Below the pieces are notes generated by a model that ran no database searches, had not been told where the DNA came from, and saw only the letters and a list, made by a program, of their open reading frames with translations. Positions 1 to 11,170 of a DNA stretch of 64,000 nucleotides are shown here, piece by piece. The stretch is from the NCBI GenBank assembly GCA_964187785.1, contig OZ076413.1:8308001-8372000 (forward strand), written 5' to 3'. The DNA comes from Amphiscolops sp. MND2022. Its lineage: Eukaryota. The stretch's first letter is position 1, and the number at the start of each line of letters is the position of its first letter. Position numbers and translations under genes: made by a program.

Positions 1-1592
1 GGACCCTTATCATTCCGCCGGCTGACAAACAATCGGGGAATCGCATGGTCACTCATGGCTTTCGTCAACACGTGACGCTCCGTCTGCTTCCTTGATCGAT
101 CTTCATCCCGAGCCAACAGTTTAGCCTTCTTCACCTCTAAAGGATCCAGAACACGACCAGGATTGTTGACATCGATGATTTTCCCTTTCAAAAGACGAGA
201 CAACTCTTCAAATTCTAAACACAACACCAAGGGGCTAAACAAGTAACTACATACCACAACTCTTCATGCAGACAATCAAAAGATAGTGGCAAACAAAACC
301 ATCCCAAAAGAAACAATCGCAACAGTCAGGAAAGCCAAGCAATAGAATAATAACAACACCCTTACGTTTTGACAGGCTCTTCGTCTCTTTTAAAACTTCC
401 GTCCGTTCAGCTCGGGCAGCGCTTCGGGCCAGCATCACACACTGCGCCGCGGACATCACCATTGGCGAACCAGGAGGAACTGTATTCAGGCCAGCTGATA
501 ACAAATGAGCAAATTTAACAACACTGCGAAATGAGGCTAAACTACCACACAAAGAAATCGCACAACACGGAGATGACACAAACAGTACAACGAACATGAA
601 AATTTCAACGTACCTTTTTCCCAGTCATTGTAAACAACTGAGGCCTCCACCCCAACAGCGGCTCGTGCATGTTGAGTCCTGCCACGCTTGGACGACTCTC
701 CGGGGAGTTCAGAGACAGCATTACTGACAGGGGCAGGAGTATCAATCGCCGCCTCGCACACAAACACGTCACTGTCTTCAGAAGACCCAACCCCCGGTCC
801 AGGTTCTGCTCCAGTAACTGTAATACAAAATGAAGTATGACTAACAAGAAAATGCAGAACAAGTGTCCCTAAAAGCAACAAATGAACCCATTTCATCTAC
901 ACAACACCCGAAGAAAGAGAGCGAATACCTACTTTCAAGAGTCCGAGAAGCAGAAATCATGGGGGGCATGTAGTCATCTCCTGAACTGTCATGAGCGGAT
1001 GGCAACTTGGAAACGGAACCAGAGATGACGTCAGCCAACCGAACTCGATTTGCCGACTGCACACTTGTGGTCGACAACTCCCGACTAGCCCTTGGTTTCT
1101 TCTCCCGCCGGGACTTTGTACTACGGGTCGGGACATAATCCTCATCAGACCCATCATCGCTAGCTACAGAAAGTAGATGAATAGAACGCGTTCAACGAAA
1201 CCTAGAAAGGGCTGGCCACCTATTAATTTCTAGAAAAGATTACCTTTCTTCCGTGCCAAGTAGTCAATGTCATGGCGCTCATCACTGGTTGCAGAATGGA
1301 AAGACCCAGTTGCAACAATGCTCGCATGTTCTTCAACGCCGTCATCATCAGAAACTGCTTTTTCACCAAAGCCTGGCACATGCAGTTCTCCGTGACCAAC
1401 AGAGACACCAGCTTCCTCCTGATTGCCTCCACCACTCGCCTCTCCACTCTCATCATCACTGCCACCTCCACTAACTCTCTCCCCAACACGCACCACTGAT
1501 CCCACGACAGACTCTACTTCTGCCTCACTCTCCTTCAGACCGACTTCCTGACTTCGACACAGCACAGCATTATCCTCCTTCGTGGAGCTCAT
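1..1592 (-). CDS. 5' exons of element A antisense accessory gene (acidic/Ser-rich N-terminus leading toward the zinc-finger region)
   Basis: Exons 1592-1244, 1163-933, 817-614, 494-366 and 214-<1. Donors GTAATC, GTAGGT, GTACGT and GTAAGG pair with pyrimidine-rich AG acceptors; all four introns are phase 1 and keep one open frame. The last visible residues HAIPRLFVSRRNDKG resemble DGMPWARTFVSGLNP, which precedes the Zn finger in C. Confidence 0.75.
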
Positions 1593-1814
1593 GTTTCAAA
1601 CTTGTCTAAAAATAACAAACCATGAAAAATTCAAAGAAGATGTGGCGTAAAACAATGGAATTATTAATACTAGAAGTTATCTACTATATAAGGAGAGTTG
1701 TTCAGTCTGCCAGTTGAACAATTCACGGAGTTGACACAAACCGTGTGAACAAATTTTCCAAGCGAAGCAAATCAGTTGTACTGAAAACTGATTGACACTC
1801 AGCTTGCTATTATA

Positions 1815-2414
1815 ATGAATCATCCCATTTCAAATAACCAAGCAGACGAAGACGTTTTTATTCTTGAACGAGATCAACAGCCAACACCGACTGAACAAAG
1901 GCCCAGTACTCCACCGCCTAATTATCGTATCATCAACCCGACGCAGCCTGCTATTGTTTATGAAATAGTCAAGACGGAAGATCTACACGTAGTCCTTGTT
2001 CATGAACAACCACTTGTGAATGCAATTAACGTCGAAAATGAACAAGGAGTAATACGAAGGTTCACCACAGAAAATCCGGTTATCCCAGATGACGAATTCA
2101 TGAGCCCCATCAGACGATTCAATCAAGAGGACCAAAATAGCCCTGATTATTTTGTCGACAGCCCTATGAGCTCAATAAGCGAGACCGACAGCAGCTCAGA
2201 AGGCTACTGGTCAGGCAGCAGTTGGGAAAGCAGCTCTTCATGGCGATCATACGATTCAATGAGAGATGACCTCACCACTTTGTTTGATACACCGATACGA
2301 TCCATTTCCCAATTTCTCCTTCCTGAGGGAACTGGGCAACGAAGCCGAGGACTGTCACAGCCCCACTTGAGCTGTGAGTATTGCAGCAGAATCAACCCAG
2401 TCTTCGAAGAATAA
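1815..2414 (+). CDS. Element A ORF-X (199 aa, Pro/Ser/acidic, C-terminal CEYC), overlapping the PPT and 3' LTR start
   Basis: Intact ATG-to-TAA ORF. The last ~20 codons lie beyond TGTCACAG at 2353. Same position as ORF 22183-22998 in C. Confidence 0.65.
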   Translation: MNHPISNNQADEDVFILERDQQPTPTEQRPSTPPPNYRIINPTQPAIVYEIVKTEDLHVVLVHEQPLVNAINVENEQGVIRRFTTENPVIPDDEFMSPIRRFNQEDQNSPDYFVDSPMSSISETDSSSEGYWSGSSWESSSSWRSYDSMRDDLTTLFDTPIRSISQFLLPEGTGQRSRGLSQPHLSCEYCSRINPVFEE

Positions 2415-4559
2415 ATTAGGAAATGGAAAAAGGAGAAATGAAAACAGAAAACCAGAAAACAATCCGTTCAACCCATACAACCTGAAATAATGGCGCTAAA
2501 TAATATAATAATTAGAAGAAATTACATATTAATATTTATGTAGTTATACATACTTACATACAGTGTACTAACCGGTATAGAGCTACTTGTGCTGTTAATA
2601 GTATTAATACGGTGCTATATAGTTAATAGTAATACAATCACACCGCTCAGCAAGCGGCCTGAATGAATAATGGCGGAACTGCGGCCTGGCAGCCGGCCTG
2701 AGATTCGCGCAGTGAAGCGGTGGCCTGGCGAGTGGCCTGAGAATGAAAATGCTACGAATCAATCTCTAACACTAATTATGCTATTTTGTGAATACATGTA
2801 AACCTGTTGATGCGTTAAACGAGTATTAGAACGACGTTATACATGTAATTGTCCATATAAACAAGTATTGAAGCTAACTTTGAAATACCGATATACTGCG
2901 GCCCAGGACATGGCCTGAAATGTAAATCTTTAAAATCCATTGTAGAAATGGAAATTGTTAATGTTAATAGTGATCTTTTCTGCTCCTAATGAGCCTACCA
3001 ATCAATGCCTGCAATCTCAAACGATGCCTGAAGATAAAGAATGAAGTATGATGCTATTTTTACAGATAAACCATGTTCAAGTGCTAAATGAAGTAGACCG
3101 CGGCCTGAGACACGGCCTGAAATCTACTCTGACCAAATCCATCCTGGAATTGAAAATATCGATCCCCCTAACCATTTCTCCGCTCTCGCGAGGGAGCAGT
3201 GACGTAACGCATACAACAGTAAGCGATAATGATTGATTGCATGCAATGTATGATGATTTTAACCATGTAAATGCAGTATTTAGTTTGAGAACGCCAAGCC
3301 GCGGCCCAGACCTCGGCCTGGGATTAAATGTTCGATTTAATTTGTTTAATCTCCATAAATGATTTGTGTTGCCTTGTTTAGAGTCAATTTCTACTCAACT
3401 AGATTGGGAAGAGACTTGAGCCGTATTTTCGAGCCGATTCTAATCACTGAATTGTTTGTTGTTGATATAATTAATCGTTATTTTTCGGGAAATGATTTTA
3501 TTTTGCCTCGACCGTCCCAGACCTCAGCCTGGGATCGAGCTTTCCCATTTATACTCAAATTTGTGATTTTAAGCTCTCATGAGTGAACTTTATGAGCTAA
3601 TTTGTATTTCTTATTAAATAATCATCTCGCCGTGCAATATTTGAACCAAATTAATTTGGGAAATTCCCATTTTTTCCCAATTTCCAATTTGTTGGTTTGT
3701 TCGATCATTTCGCTCTTTGGGCGTGTGCAGTGATTAATTTTTTCACACTTTGCTCAGTTTCGGCGTCTTGAAAAGGCGGGAGTTGGAGGTGAAGGGAAGC
3801 GGAGTCGCAACTCAGACAGGAAGTGGACGAGTGCTTTTCCCGGAAAGCATGAACAAGCTGAAAGTCTGAGTTCGACAAAGCGGAACTGAACTTCCTGTTT
3901 CCCCGCCTTGAAGGGACGCCGGGCTGAATGAAGTGTGAAGGTGGTGCGACTTTTCCCCGCTTCAAGCCAGCGGAAAGTATATATACTTTGGAAAATTGAA
4001 TAATTTCAGTGAATAATAGTCTTGATAATTTCAACAAATTGATAATTTGACAATTTTGTTAGAATCTTGGAATTCAATAATCGTTCGTTGTAAAACAACT
4101 TTACTCTTCACTTTGAAAAATACAATTGAAGATTAAAAAATCTCAATCTTTTCCCTCATCTTCTCGTTGGATAATCTCGAGCTTATAAATCTTAAACCCG
4201 GAAAATGCCTGAAAGATCCTCTAAAAGAAAGGCCAGGAGAGATTCAGTGACTAGTTCACTAGGCGAGCCAGAAGCAACCAGTTTAAGAACTGAAAACGTT
4301 CCCAGTATTTCCGACCGAGACTTCTCTGAGCTATCTGAGAAAATTGAAAAGTCAGTGACCAGAAGGATAAAAGATGCTGAAGTTGGACAGAGGGAGATTT
4401 TGAAAATGATCGAGAATTTATCCTCAAAAATAGATTCACTGTCCGGTCAACCGCCCAATTGTGAAAACCTCGCCTTAGATCACGACGAGATCGAAGATCA
4501 AGCCTCAACATCAAGGCCATCCATACTGAACGAGTTGCACCCATCGCAGGGTCAACACA
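2353..4559 (+). repeat. Putative 3' LTR of element A (~2.2 kb)
   Basis: Begins with TG after a purine-rich tract. The end CA at 4558-4559 was chosen because it gives the same Gag phase (xxC-A then TGG) as in B and C. No second copy in the window. Confidence 0.55.
2681..3535 (+). repeat. GGCC-N8-GGCCTG motif array with ~200-bp period in the LTR of A
   Basis: Copies at 2681, 2720, 2898, 3100, 3301 and 3511 (degenerate), e.g. GCGGCCTGAGACACGGCCTGAAAT and GCGGCCCAGACCTCGGCCTGGGAT. Confidence 0.85.
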
Positions 4560-4663
4560 CTACTCAAAAAATCAATATGGTGTTGTTGAAATTAAATTAT
4601 ACTCAAGCAACTACTACCAGGTCATTTTCTTTACATTCTAGGCAAAAAAATATTACCCTGTAA
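4205..4663 (+). CDS. LTR-encoded Gag N-terminal segment of element A, reading out into flanking DNA
   Basis: MPERSSKRKARR... basic start followed by a coiled-coil-like stretch (FSELSEKIEKSVTRRIKDAEVGQREILKMIENLSSKID), analogous to the LTR-encoded Gag N-termini of B and C. Confidence 0.55.
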   Translation: MPERSSKRKARRDSVTSSLGEPEATSLRTENVPSISDRDFSELSEKIEKSVTRRIKDAEVGQREILKMIENLSSKIDSLSGQPPNCENLALDHDEIEDQASTSRPSILNELHPSQGQHTTQKINMVLLKLNYTQATTTRSFSLHSRQKNITL

Positions 4664-4687
4664 ATTTCGCTACAAAAAGTACATCCC

Positions 4688-5833
4688 TGTCAGAACGTAC
4701 GGACGTCTCAGAATTGTGTACGTCTCTGTAGTTCTCTTCCCTACTGTTTGACATTTTATCAGTAAGGGCTCTCACAATACTTGTTAGTTCGCTAATTTGT
4801 CGGTTCATTTCCATAAACCGTTGCTCGATTCTATGTTTTTCATGGTCACGTTCAATCTCTCTCATACCATTCAAGTCCTCATTCCCGTCAATATTTTCAG
4901 CAAAGTGATCGGCAACACTCATGTTGTCCTCATCTCCAGAGTACTCATTCGTTTCTTCTCGGCTGAATCTGTTTTCTCTATTGAATCCTGATCGAGTGTT
5001 AACCATTGTTTAAAAGATACAAGTTGGTAAGATGTTTAAATTTGAATTGGTAAGTTTAATAAAATGAGCTAAGAGTTGTTAAAGTACGACTGTATTCCAA
5101 GGTGGTTAGTTCTACTGACTGGTTTGTCCTAATTGTGGTAGCACCTTCAATCTCATAATTACTCGCTAATTGCACCTGAGTATTTGAGTCTCTTCTTGTT
5201 TGATTGTTTTAGTAGACCTGCTGTTAGCACCTTTGTACGACTGGTCACTTCAGTCGTCACTAGTTACTATTTCGGTAATTCAACTCTAATGTCACATTAG
5301 TATGCGTCGTTAATTTCACTACTTCACAGCACGTGTTAATGATTGAGGTTTTGAGTATAATTACTGCATTTGATTACTGGTAATACTTCTGCAATTAGCA
5401 CTGAGTGTGGAATATGACTATAGCTTGGAGTCGTTTATAGTGATTCTACAAGGTTTCACTGAATGAATATTTTATGAATGATGCTAAATGAACTAAACGA
5501 TGCTTTAGGGATGAATTGTTAAATGTTTAAATATGGCAAACTGCATGTATGTTTAAGTAAGAAAGGTACGACCAGATATGCCAGTCGTTTGTACAATTGC
5601 CCAAAAGGTTGCGTTAAGAAATATGTAAAGCGGAAAATGCTTTTGTGCATTTTACAGAACTCAAATTGCACTGGTAGTTTGTGGCATGAATGAAATTGGG
5701 ATGACAACTTTGTAGTACGGTCGTCCATTATATGTATTTACATGTATTCTAAACTGTTTATGATTTAGTGTTTTAGCTGATTGGGGAGGACTTCATCTCT
5801 CAGTCGTTGTATCTCATACCAACTGGTATGACA
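4688..5833 (-). repeat. 3' LTR of element B (1146 bp)
   Basis: Direct repeat of 19059-20204 with about 7 substitutions seen by eye (~99% identity). It contains the Gag N-terminal copy seen as ORF 4653-5006. Confidence 0.97.
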
Positions 5834-6183
5834 CTCCGCCTCTTTGAAAAGAAATGAGAGCTGACGGGGGGGTGAAGTGGTGGGTAGCAGTAGGCGGGGT
5901 TGATCAAGCATTAGCTAAGTTACAGTTGTTTCGTAGGTGAAACTTTTCCTCACATGACGACTTCGGGTGGTCGTCGATAAGTTGATGCAGCTATTGACCT
6001 ACTGTCGAGTAATCGGAAGTAGAATCGGACTGTGACGTCATGAGTATCTTCGTGTTGGGAAGTGAAAGTAGTCAGTATTGAGTGGAATTCGGTATGCCAC
6101 GTCATCCGGTCGTGCGCTTGATGAGAGTAATTCGTCGAGTTAAGTAAATAGTGAAGGAGCGATGGCCGCGGCAGTCGGCTCAT
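5765..6183 (-). pseudogene. Probable disrupted ORF-X of element B, crossing the PPT into the 3' LTR
   Basis: ORF 6183-5950 plus a second open segment 5911-5765 (MLDQPRLLLPTTSPPRQLSFLFKEAECHTSWYEIQRLRDEVLPNQLKH) that runs through the PPT and ~22 codons into the LTR. Same position as ORF-X in A and C; sequence homology not evident. Confidence 0.4.
5834..5845 (-). promoter_or_regulatory. Polypurine tract of element B
   Basis: AAAGAGGCGGAG on the minus strand, directly abutting TGTCATACC of the 3' LTR. Confidence 0.9.
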
Positions 6184-6755
6184 TCGCAGGAGAGTGAATA
6201 CGTTTGATACAGAGAGTCGTGTATTCCGTTTTCCGTTTCCGTTACTCGTGCTTGAGTAAACAAATGGTCGCTGCAGTTGTTGTTGGCTTCGAGCTCAATT
6301 GTCGTTAGCATCAGTGTTGATCAAACTTTTGTTACTGCTTGTTGCTTGCTCAAATTCAAATTGGAATTCTTCGATTATTTTCCGGATATTGCTGTTCCCT
6401 GTTTATTTTGCTGCTTTGTTGTTCGAATTGCTTCGTTGATTAGCCTTACATCCTCTCATCACTTGTCCCTTTTGAGGTTGGGATCGAATATCTTCTGGTC
6501 TGATACATTATTATTTTTTGTACGTGAAAGTAGGATAGGGAAAAAGAAACGACTGCTATGCTCGGAGGTAGATTTCTTTCGTTGATTTTTCTCTTGTTGT
6601 GATTTATGTCAATCAGCATCACCTGTGGTGGTAACTTTTGAATACCAAAATACTAGTGAGATTAGAGCATGTAGTTGATCAGGCCACATATTCGATTTCA
6701 CCAGAACTGACTTGTTGAGTCGTCTTCCACTCCTTATTCTACCCTTTATCCCTGT

Positions 6756-9700
6756 ATGTCCGATCTTGGTGGTTCCTCCTTCGACCCTGATTTGTGGTCG
6801 CTTGTATCCCTCGCCGAGGAGAATTATCAGGAGATCGAAGAGATGGCATCCGGAATAGATTCAACTTCCGAAGAGGCCTTAGCCGAAGGGGCTGCTACTG
6901 TGCTGTCGCCCTGTTGCCAGTTTGCTGGGCGAGTGAATTCCGCTTCGCTGGGAGGGATGAGTGAGCTGCTTGAACTTGCTCTCTCCGAGGAATTCCGTAA
7001 GTACAAATCATTAGTTTTTTCTTCTTCCGTAGTGGGGGGGTCATATGTGAGTGTTTGCAACACATACTTCGCGAGTCGTGGATTGTTTCTCGCCAATCAT
7101 TTGCTCGAGGCTTTTCTATCTTTCTATGTTTTGTATTCTGCATTGGTCGTCTAGACCCACTTGTCGATGTAGGACTGTGTTTTGTCGTCATGATGAGGTG
7201 GTGACTTCCTGCTTGTTTCTTAGGCAATGTTGAGATGCCGACGTTACTCGAGTACGTCCGTGCCTTCCCACAGAGAGGAGGTCAAGCGAGTGTGTCCGCG
7301 CCAACTATACTGAGCGATCAAGTGCACCAGTTAATGCAATCGCAGTTGGGTTAGTATTCTCGTGTTTGTTTCTTCTGGTTGCACACGCTTGTAAACTTCA
7401 AGTAACATGGGCGATCTCGGCTGCTGTAGTAACTTCAGTTCGATAGGGAACTCTTTTTTTTTCAATCCGGGATAATCTAGAATGCTGGGTTGGTTTTCGT
7501 AGGTGTCGAAGACTGTGCTGTCCTGTCCTTGGACGATCTGCTGAACCGGGTAGAGGCTCGCATGGACAAGAGCGTGAGAGAGCTGAGCAAGGCTATTCTC
7601 GAGTCGTCCTTGGGTGAGCTTGGCACTGTGGGGGCCTTGCGTGTGGAGGAGTTTTGGCAGACATTCAGGGCTGCTCTTCAGGAGGTCGTTGCTAAGCGTC
7701 ATGTGGATTCGGTTCCTCGAGTGTCGACGCCTTCTGCAGAATTGCCGTCTTTGGAGCTGGCCAGTCATGGCACTGTCCCTGGATGCGGTGGTTCAGGAAC
7801 TGGGTCATTCGTTCCAACTGTGTTCGGTGGTCCTGGATCGGTCGCTGCTCCTAGCGATCCTAGTGTTGGGACGTCTGTTGTTCCGAGACCTGGTAACTAC
7901 TCTCAAGATCACATGTAATGTTATACTAATTGGGGGGTTAATCTTAGTCTTGTTAATTTTTTCTCGATGATTAGTTTGTTTGGGGGTGGGTAATGTATTG
8001 GTGAAACGACCGTATTTTCTGGTCATGGTAGTCAAGACTGGTGGTTGAACACGGGGGGTGAAATTTCTCTTATTTATTTTTGTAGTGTGTTTATGTTTTG
8101 ATTTTTCAGTGAGGAAGAAAAGGCTCAATACGCTGAAACCTTCCTATTTCGTTTCGAATGTGGTGGGACTGTTCGTTGGCTTCCCGCGTCACAAGCGCGT
8201 TATCGACGGGTTCGCGCGGTGCCTGATGTGTCGCGTCGATCTCAGTATAGCCGGACGAGGCCTCCAGAATCTCTGGGGACATTGGAAAGGTGCGGAGCAC
8301 ACGCGCTTAGAGCAGAAGTTCCGGATCATGACTCAACGTCCCTTACTTGACAAGTCATGTCGGCCAGTGTCCGCGGATGAGGACAAACGCATACGCCTGG
8401 AGAGGATGGTCGAGCCTCCAGTGTATTTGGAATCTCCAATTAGTTTGTCCCTTGAGGAACGTGTCTCACTGGAGCGAGAAGTAGAAGAAGAAGGTGTGCG
8501 GCCAGTTTTGCCGACAGCGAGTGCAGCTTATCTGTGGCTGTGTTTTTTCCTAAACTGTTTTGGTACTGTCACTGGTTTCCAGTCGCTGATTCGTCTGATG
8601 GATGGCTGGTCTGGCAGTATGAGCGGCGAGATGAACTTTGTGTCTCGGACTCTTTCTGTGCCCAAATGTCAGGTACCATAACGTTTTATGTGTGTTGTAT
8701 TTACTTCTAGCTTTTTCACCGGGGGGGGGGGGGGTTACATGTTTTCCTTTTGTATTTTACATGTTGTTACTACTTATTTGTTGTGTGGTTGTTTTTCATG
8801 GTTTCTTTATGTCGTTTTGTGTGGTTTAGAGCTTGCTGTTGTACGGGGTGTACCCTTACATTGTCGAAAAGATGGGCAATCTGTTGCAAAGAGGCAGTGA
8901 AATAGGCTTGCGCGTCTATTTCGATGGCAATTTCTGGCGGGTTGACTGCCATTTCGTCGACGACCTAGATGTGAAGTCTGTGACCTTAGTAACTTGGCCT
9001 GTATGTGAGCAGTGGAAGGAAGAGCTAATCCGCCTGGCTATCACTATTTTGTCGTGTCTGGAACCGTTACCTAGCTTGTGCAGTGTGGTCGTGGATACGC
9101 ACCTCGCCGTTGGGCGGGCGTTGGCTCATTTTGGCCCCGGTGGCAACTCCGTGGTCATGCGCGTTCATGATGTACAGTGGGTTCAGCGTGCTATTCGTCA
9201 GCAGTTTCGACAGCGGGTGGGCGGTCTGGACCCATACAATGTACTGGAGTTCTTAAAGCACCGCTTGTCGAGTGTTGTAAACGGGGCAGCTTTTGACAAG
9301 ATGCCATTATTGCGTCAGGTACTTGCTTTTGCTTGTGTTACTACATGTGTGTTTTTTGTGTTGAGTGGACTCTATTTAGTTTTGTTTTTTTTCCTATTAT
9401 TTTTTTACATGTGATTGTCTTCTTGTCTAGGGCTGTGATGTTCGGTTTTTCTTTTGGCTTATGTTTGACTGAGTAACTATGGATTACGGGTGTTGTTTTT
9501 CTTGTTTGCAGTACGTGCGCAGTGACGACTTAACACTTCCTCAGTCGGCGGCTGTCTGTGGGGAGCTTGTGGAGCGCTGGGACGATCTAGCTGTTTACTT
9601 CAGCAATGAAGGCAGTGGCTCCATGGTGGAGTTGAGATCTGTCCCAATCCTAAGCGTCGTGATTTTCAATGACCGATTGGCTAGACCGCAGATGGCCATG

Positions 9701-11170
9701 TTGAGGTGGTTGCTAGACGAAGGTTGGTAGCCTAATTTTGTGTTTTTTGAGGTTTTCTTCTTTTTTTTTGTTCGTGAAGTGTAGATGACTGTGGGTCGAA
9801 GTGTTCGTTTAGTCGTTTGCTTACGACAGGTGTATTTGCTATTCTCAGTGCGGGGTAGGGTCTATTTTTGTATTGAATGCATTATACTGTTAATGTGTGT
9901 TTTTGTTTTAGTCGTAGCGTCTTTTCCTCGGGGGTGTACGTACAGTCGAGACCGAGATCTGAGCTTCGAAGTGGAGTTTGTGTCCTTCCTTCGACGACTG
10001 AGGTGTATGGTCCAGGATGCGGACAAGATCCCAGCTGCTTATGACCATGAACGTCTTCTCAGCACTAGGCCTGTTGAATTGGGAACTTTGTCTCAAGAAC
10101 GTTACCAAGCACTGTTTGTGCAGTATTTTCGCTTCGACGTGCGTGATCATTAACGTGTTTTCTACCGCGAGATCCAGTTGTTTTTGGCAAAACTCTGTGA
10201 AGACCTAGTAGCCGAGTATCAAACTGATGCTGAAGGACGATTGAATGTAACTGCTTTCGCTCCCGAGGCAATGTTCTATCGATCAAAAGACCGTGTGGTC
10301 GACGCACTTATGGATTGCTGTTTGTTGCTAACGCGCTTGGGATTTCTCGGTGATGTTCAAGGCGCCAAAGTCGTCCAGCAATACAACGATGTGTATAGCT
10401 ATTTTATGCATCGATGGCGAAGCCAATCGTCTTCTGGTCCTGTGGTTGATGACGTGATAAGCCTATGGCGGGCCTATCCCTTCTGGTCGCGTTGCAGTGA
10501 CTTGCTGTGTGTCTTCAAAGTTGTGGTCTGCTGTACTACCCGAAGTCAGTATGTGGCTGATTTCTTGGATGTTGGGTCCACTGCTCTTTCTCAAGGATAG
10601 TTGTTGTCCAGCATGAATCTGGTGAGGAGTTGGACAAGCTCTGGCGTTATTGGTGGTGCTCGCAAACTCATGGCTGGTTTCCTTCGTCATTGCGAGACGA
10701 CTGATATGCATGTCTCTCGGCTGATGGATCCCGAAAGAGGAAGACCGTGGGATCAGCTGTTGAAAGTTGGGGTCGAAGACGTGCTGGCTCGGTGTTACCG
10801 AGTGTTGAACGAAGGAACTGTTAGACCTGCAGGAATTTCAGTTGACGAGTATCGATCTGCAGTTTGCGAACAGTTAAAGAGCGGTTCGGATGATGCGATT
10901 GGTCAGCTTAGAGGTCGTTCGCGGAATTCTGCTTCTAAAGGGTCTGCCTTACAATTTTCTGTCTGTGATGATGAACCACTAATTCGTCACGTTGCCAGTG
11001 GCAAGCGACCTACATCTCAGAAGGACGTTAGTTTGCCGTCGACATCCCGTTGTGTTAAAGGAAAAAAGAAGTCTGCTGGTGTTAAGCCTAAGACAGTTGT
11101 GCCGCCTAAGAAGTCCTACAAGCGGAAGTTAACGAAAGTCCTCATGAGTGAGTCGTCTGAGGAATACTAG
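6756..11170 (+). CDS. Element B antisense, intron-containing accessory gene (~1039 aa; BED-like Zn finger plus hAT-transposase-like body; one in-frame TAG)
   Basis: Exons 6756-6996, 7503-7892, 8110-8672, 8830-9318, 9512-9722, 9912-10138 and 10172-11170 sum to 3120 nt (1040 codons). All six GT-AG introns are phase-compatible (1,1,0,0,1,0) and mostly T-rich. Motif CLMCRVDLSIAGRGLQNLWGHWKGAEH; premature TAG at 10598-10600. Confidence 0.85.

Larger units (their letters stand above)
1..4559 (+). mobile_element. Element A: 3' part of a giant Ty3/Gypsy-type LTR retrotransposon (gag-pol lies upstream of the window)
   Basis: Same layout as complete elements B and C: antisense spliced gene, sense ORF-X, purine-rich GAAGCCGAGGAC, then TGTCACAG (compare LTR starts TGTCATAC in B and TGTCGCAG in C), then a Gag-N-like ORF near the LTR end. 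The second LTR and TSD are not visible, so the ends are inferred. Confidence 0.7.

Noticed and set aside
2681-3535. CRISPR-like array
   Set aside because: Spacers are ~180 bp and partly similar to one another, repeats are degenerate, there are no cas genes, and the context is a eukaryotic LTR.
4653-5006. Independent gene or second gag copy (also 20727-21377)
   Set aside because: These are simply the Gag N-terminal segments duplicated as part of the 3' LTRs.
6756-11170. Nested autonomous hAT insertion as the source of the antisense gene
   Set aside because: No TIRs or 8-bp TSD were seen, catalytic motifs are missing, and homologues occupy the same position and orientation in three families; not formally excluded without family alignments.
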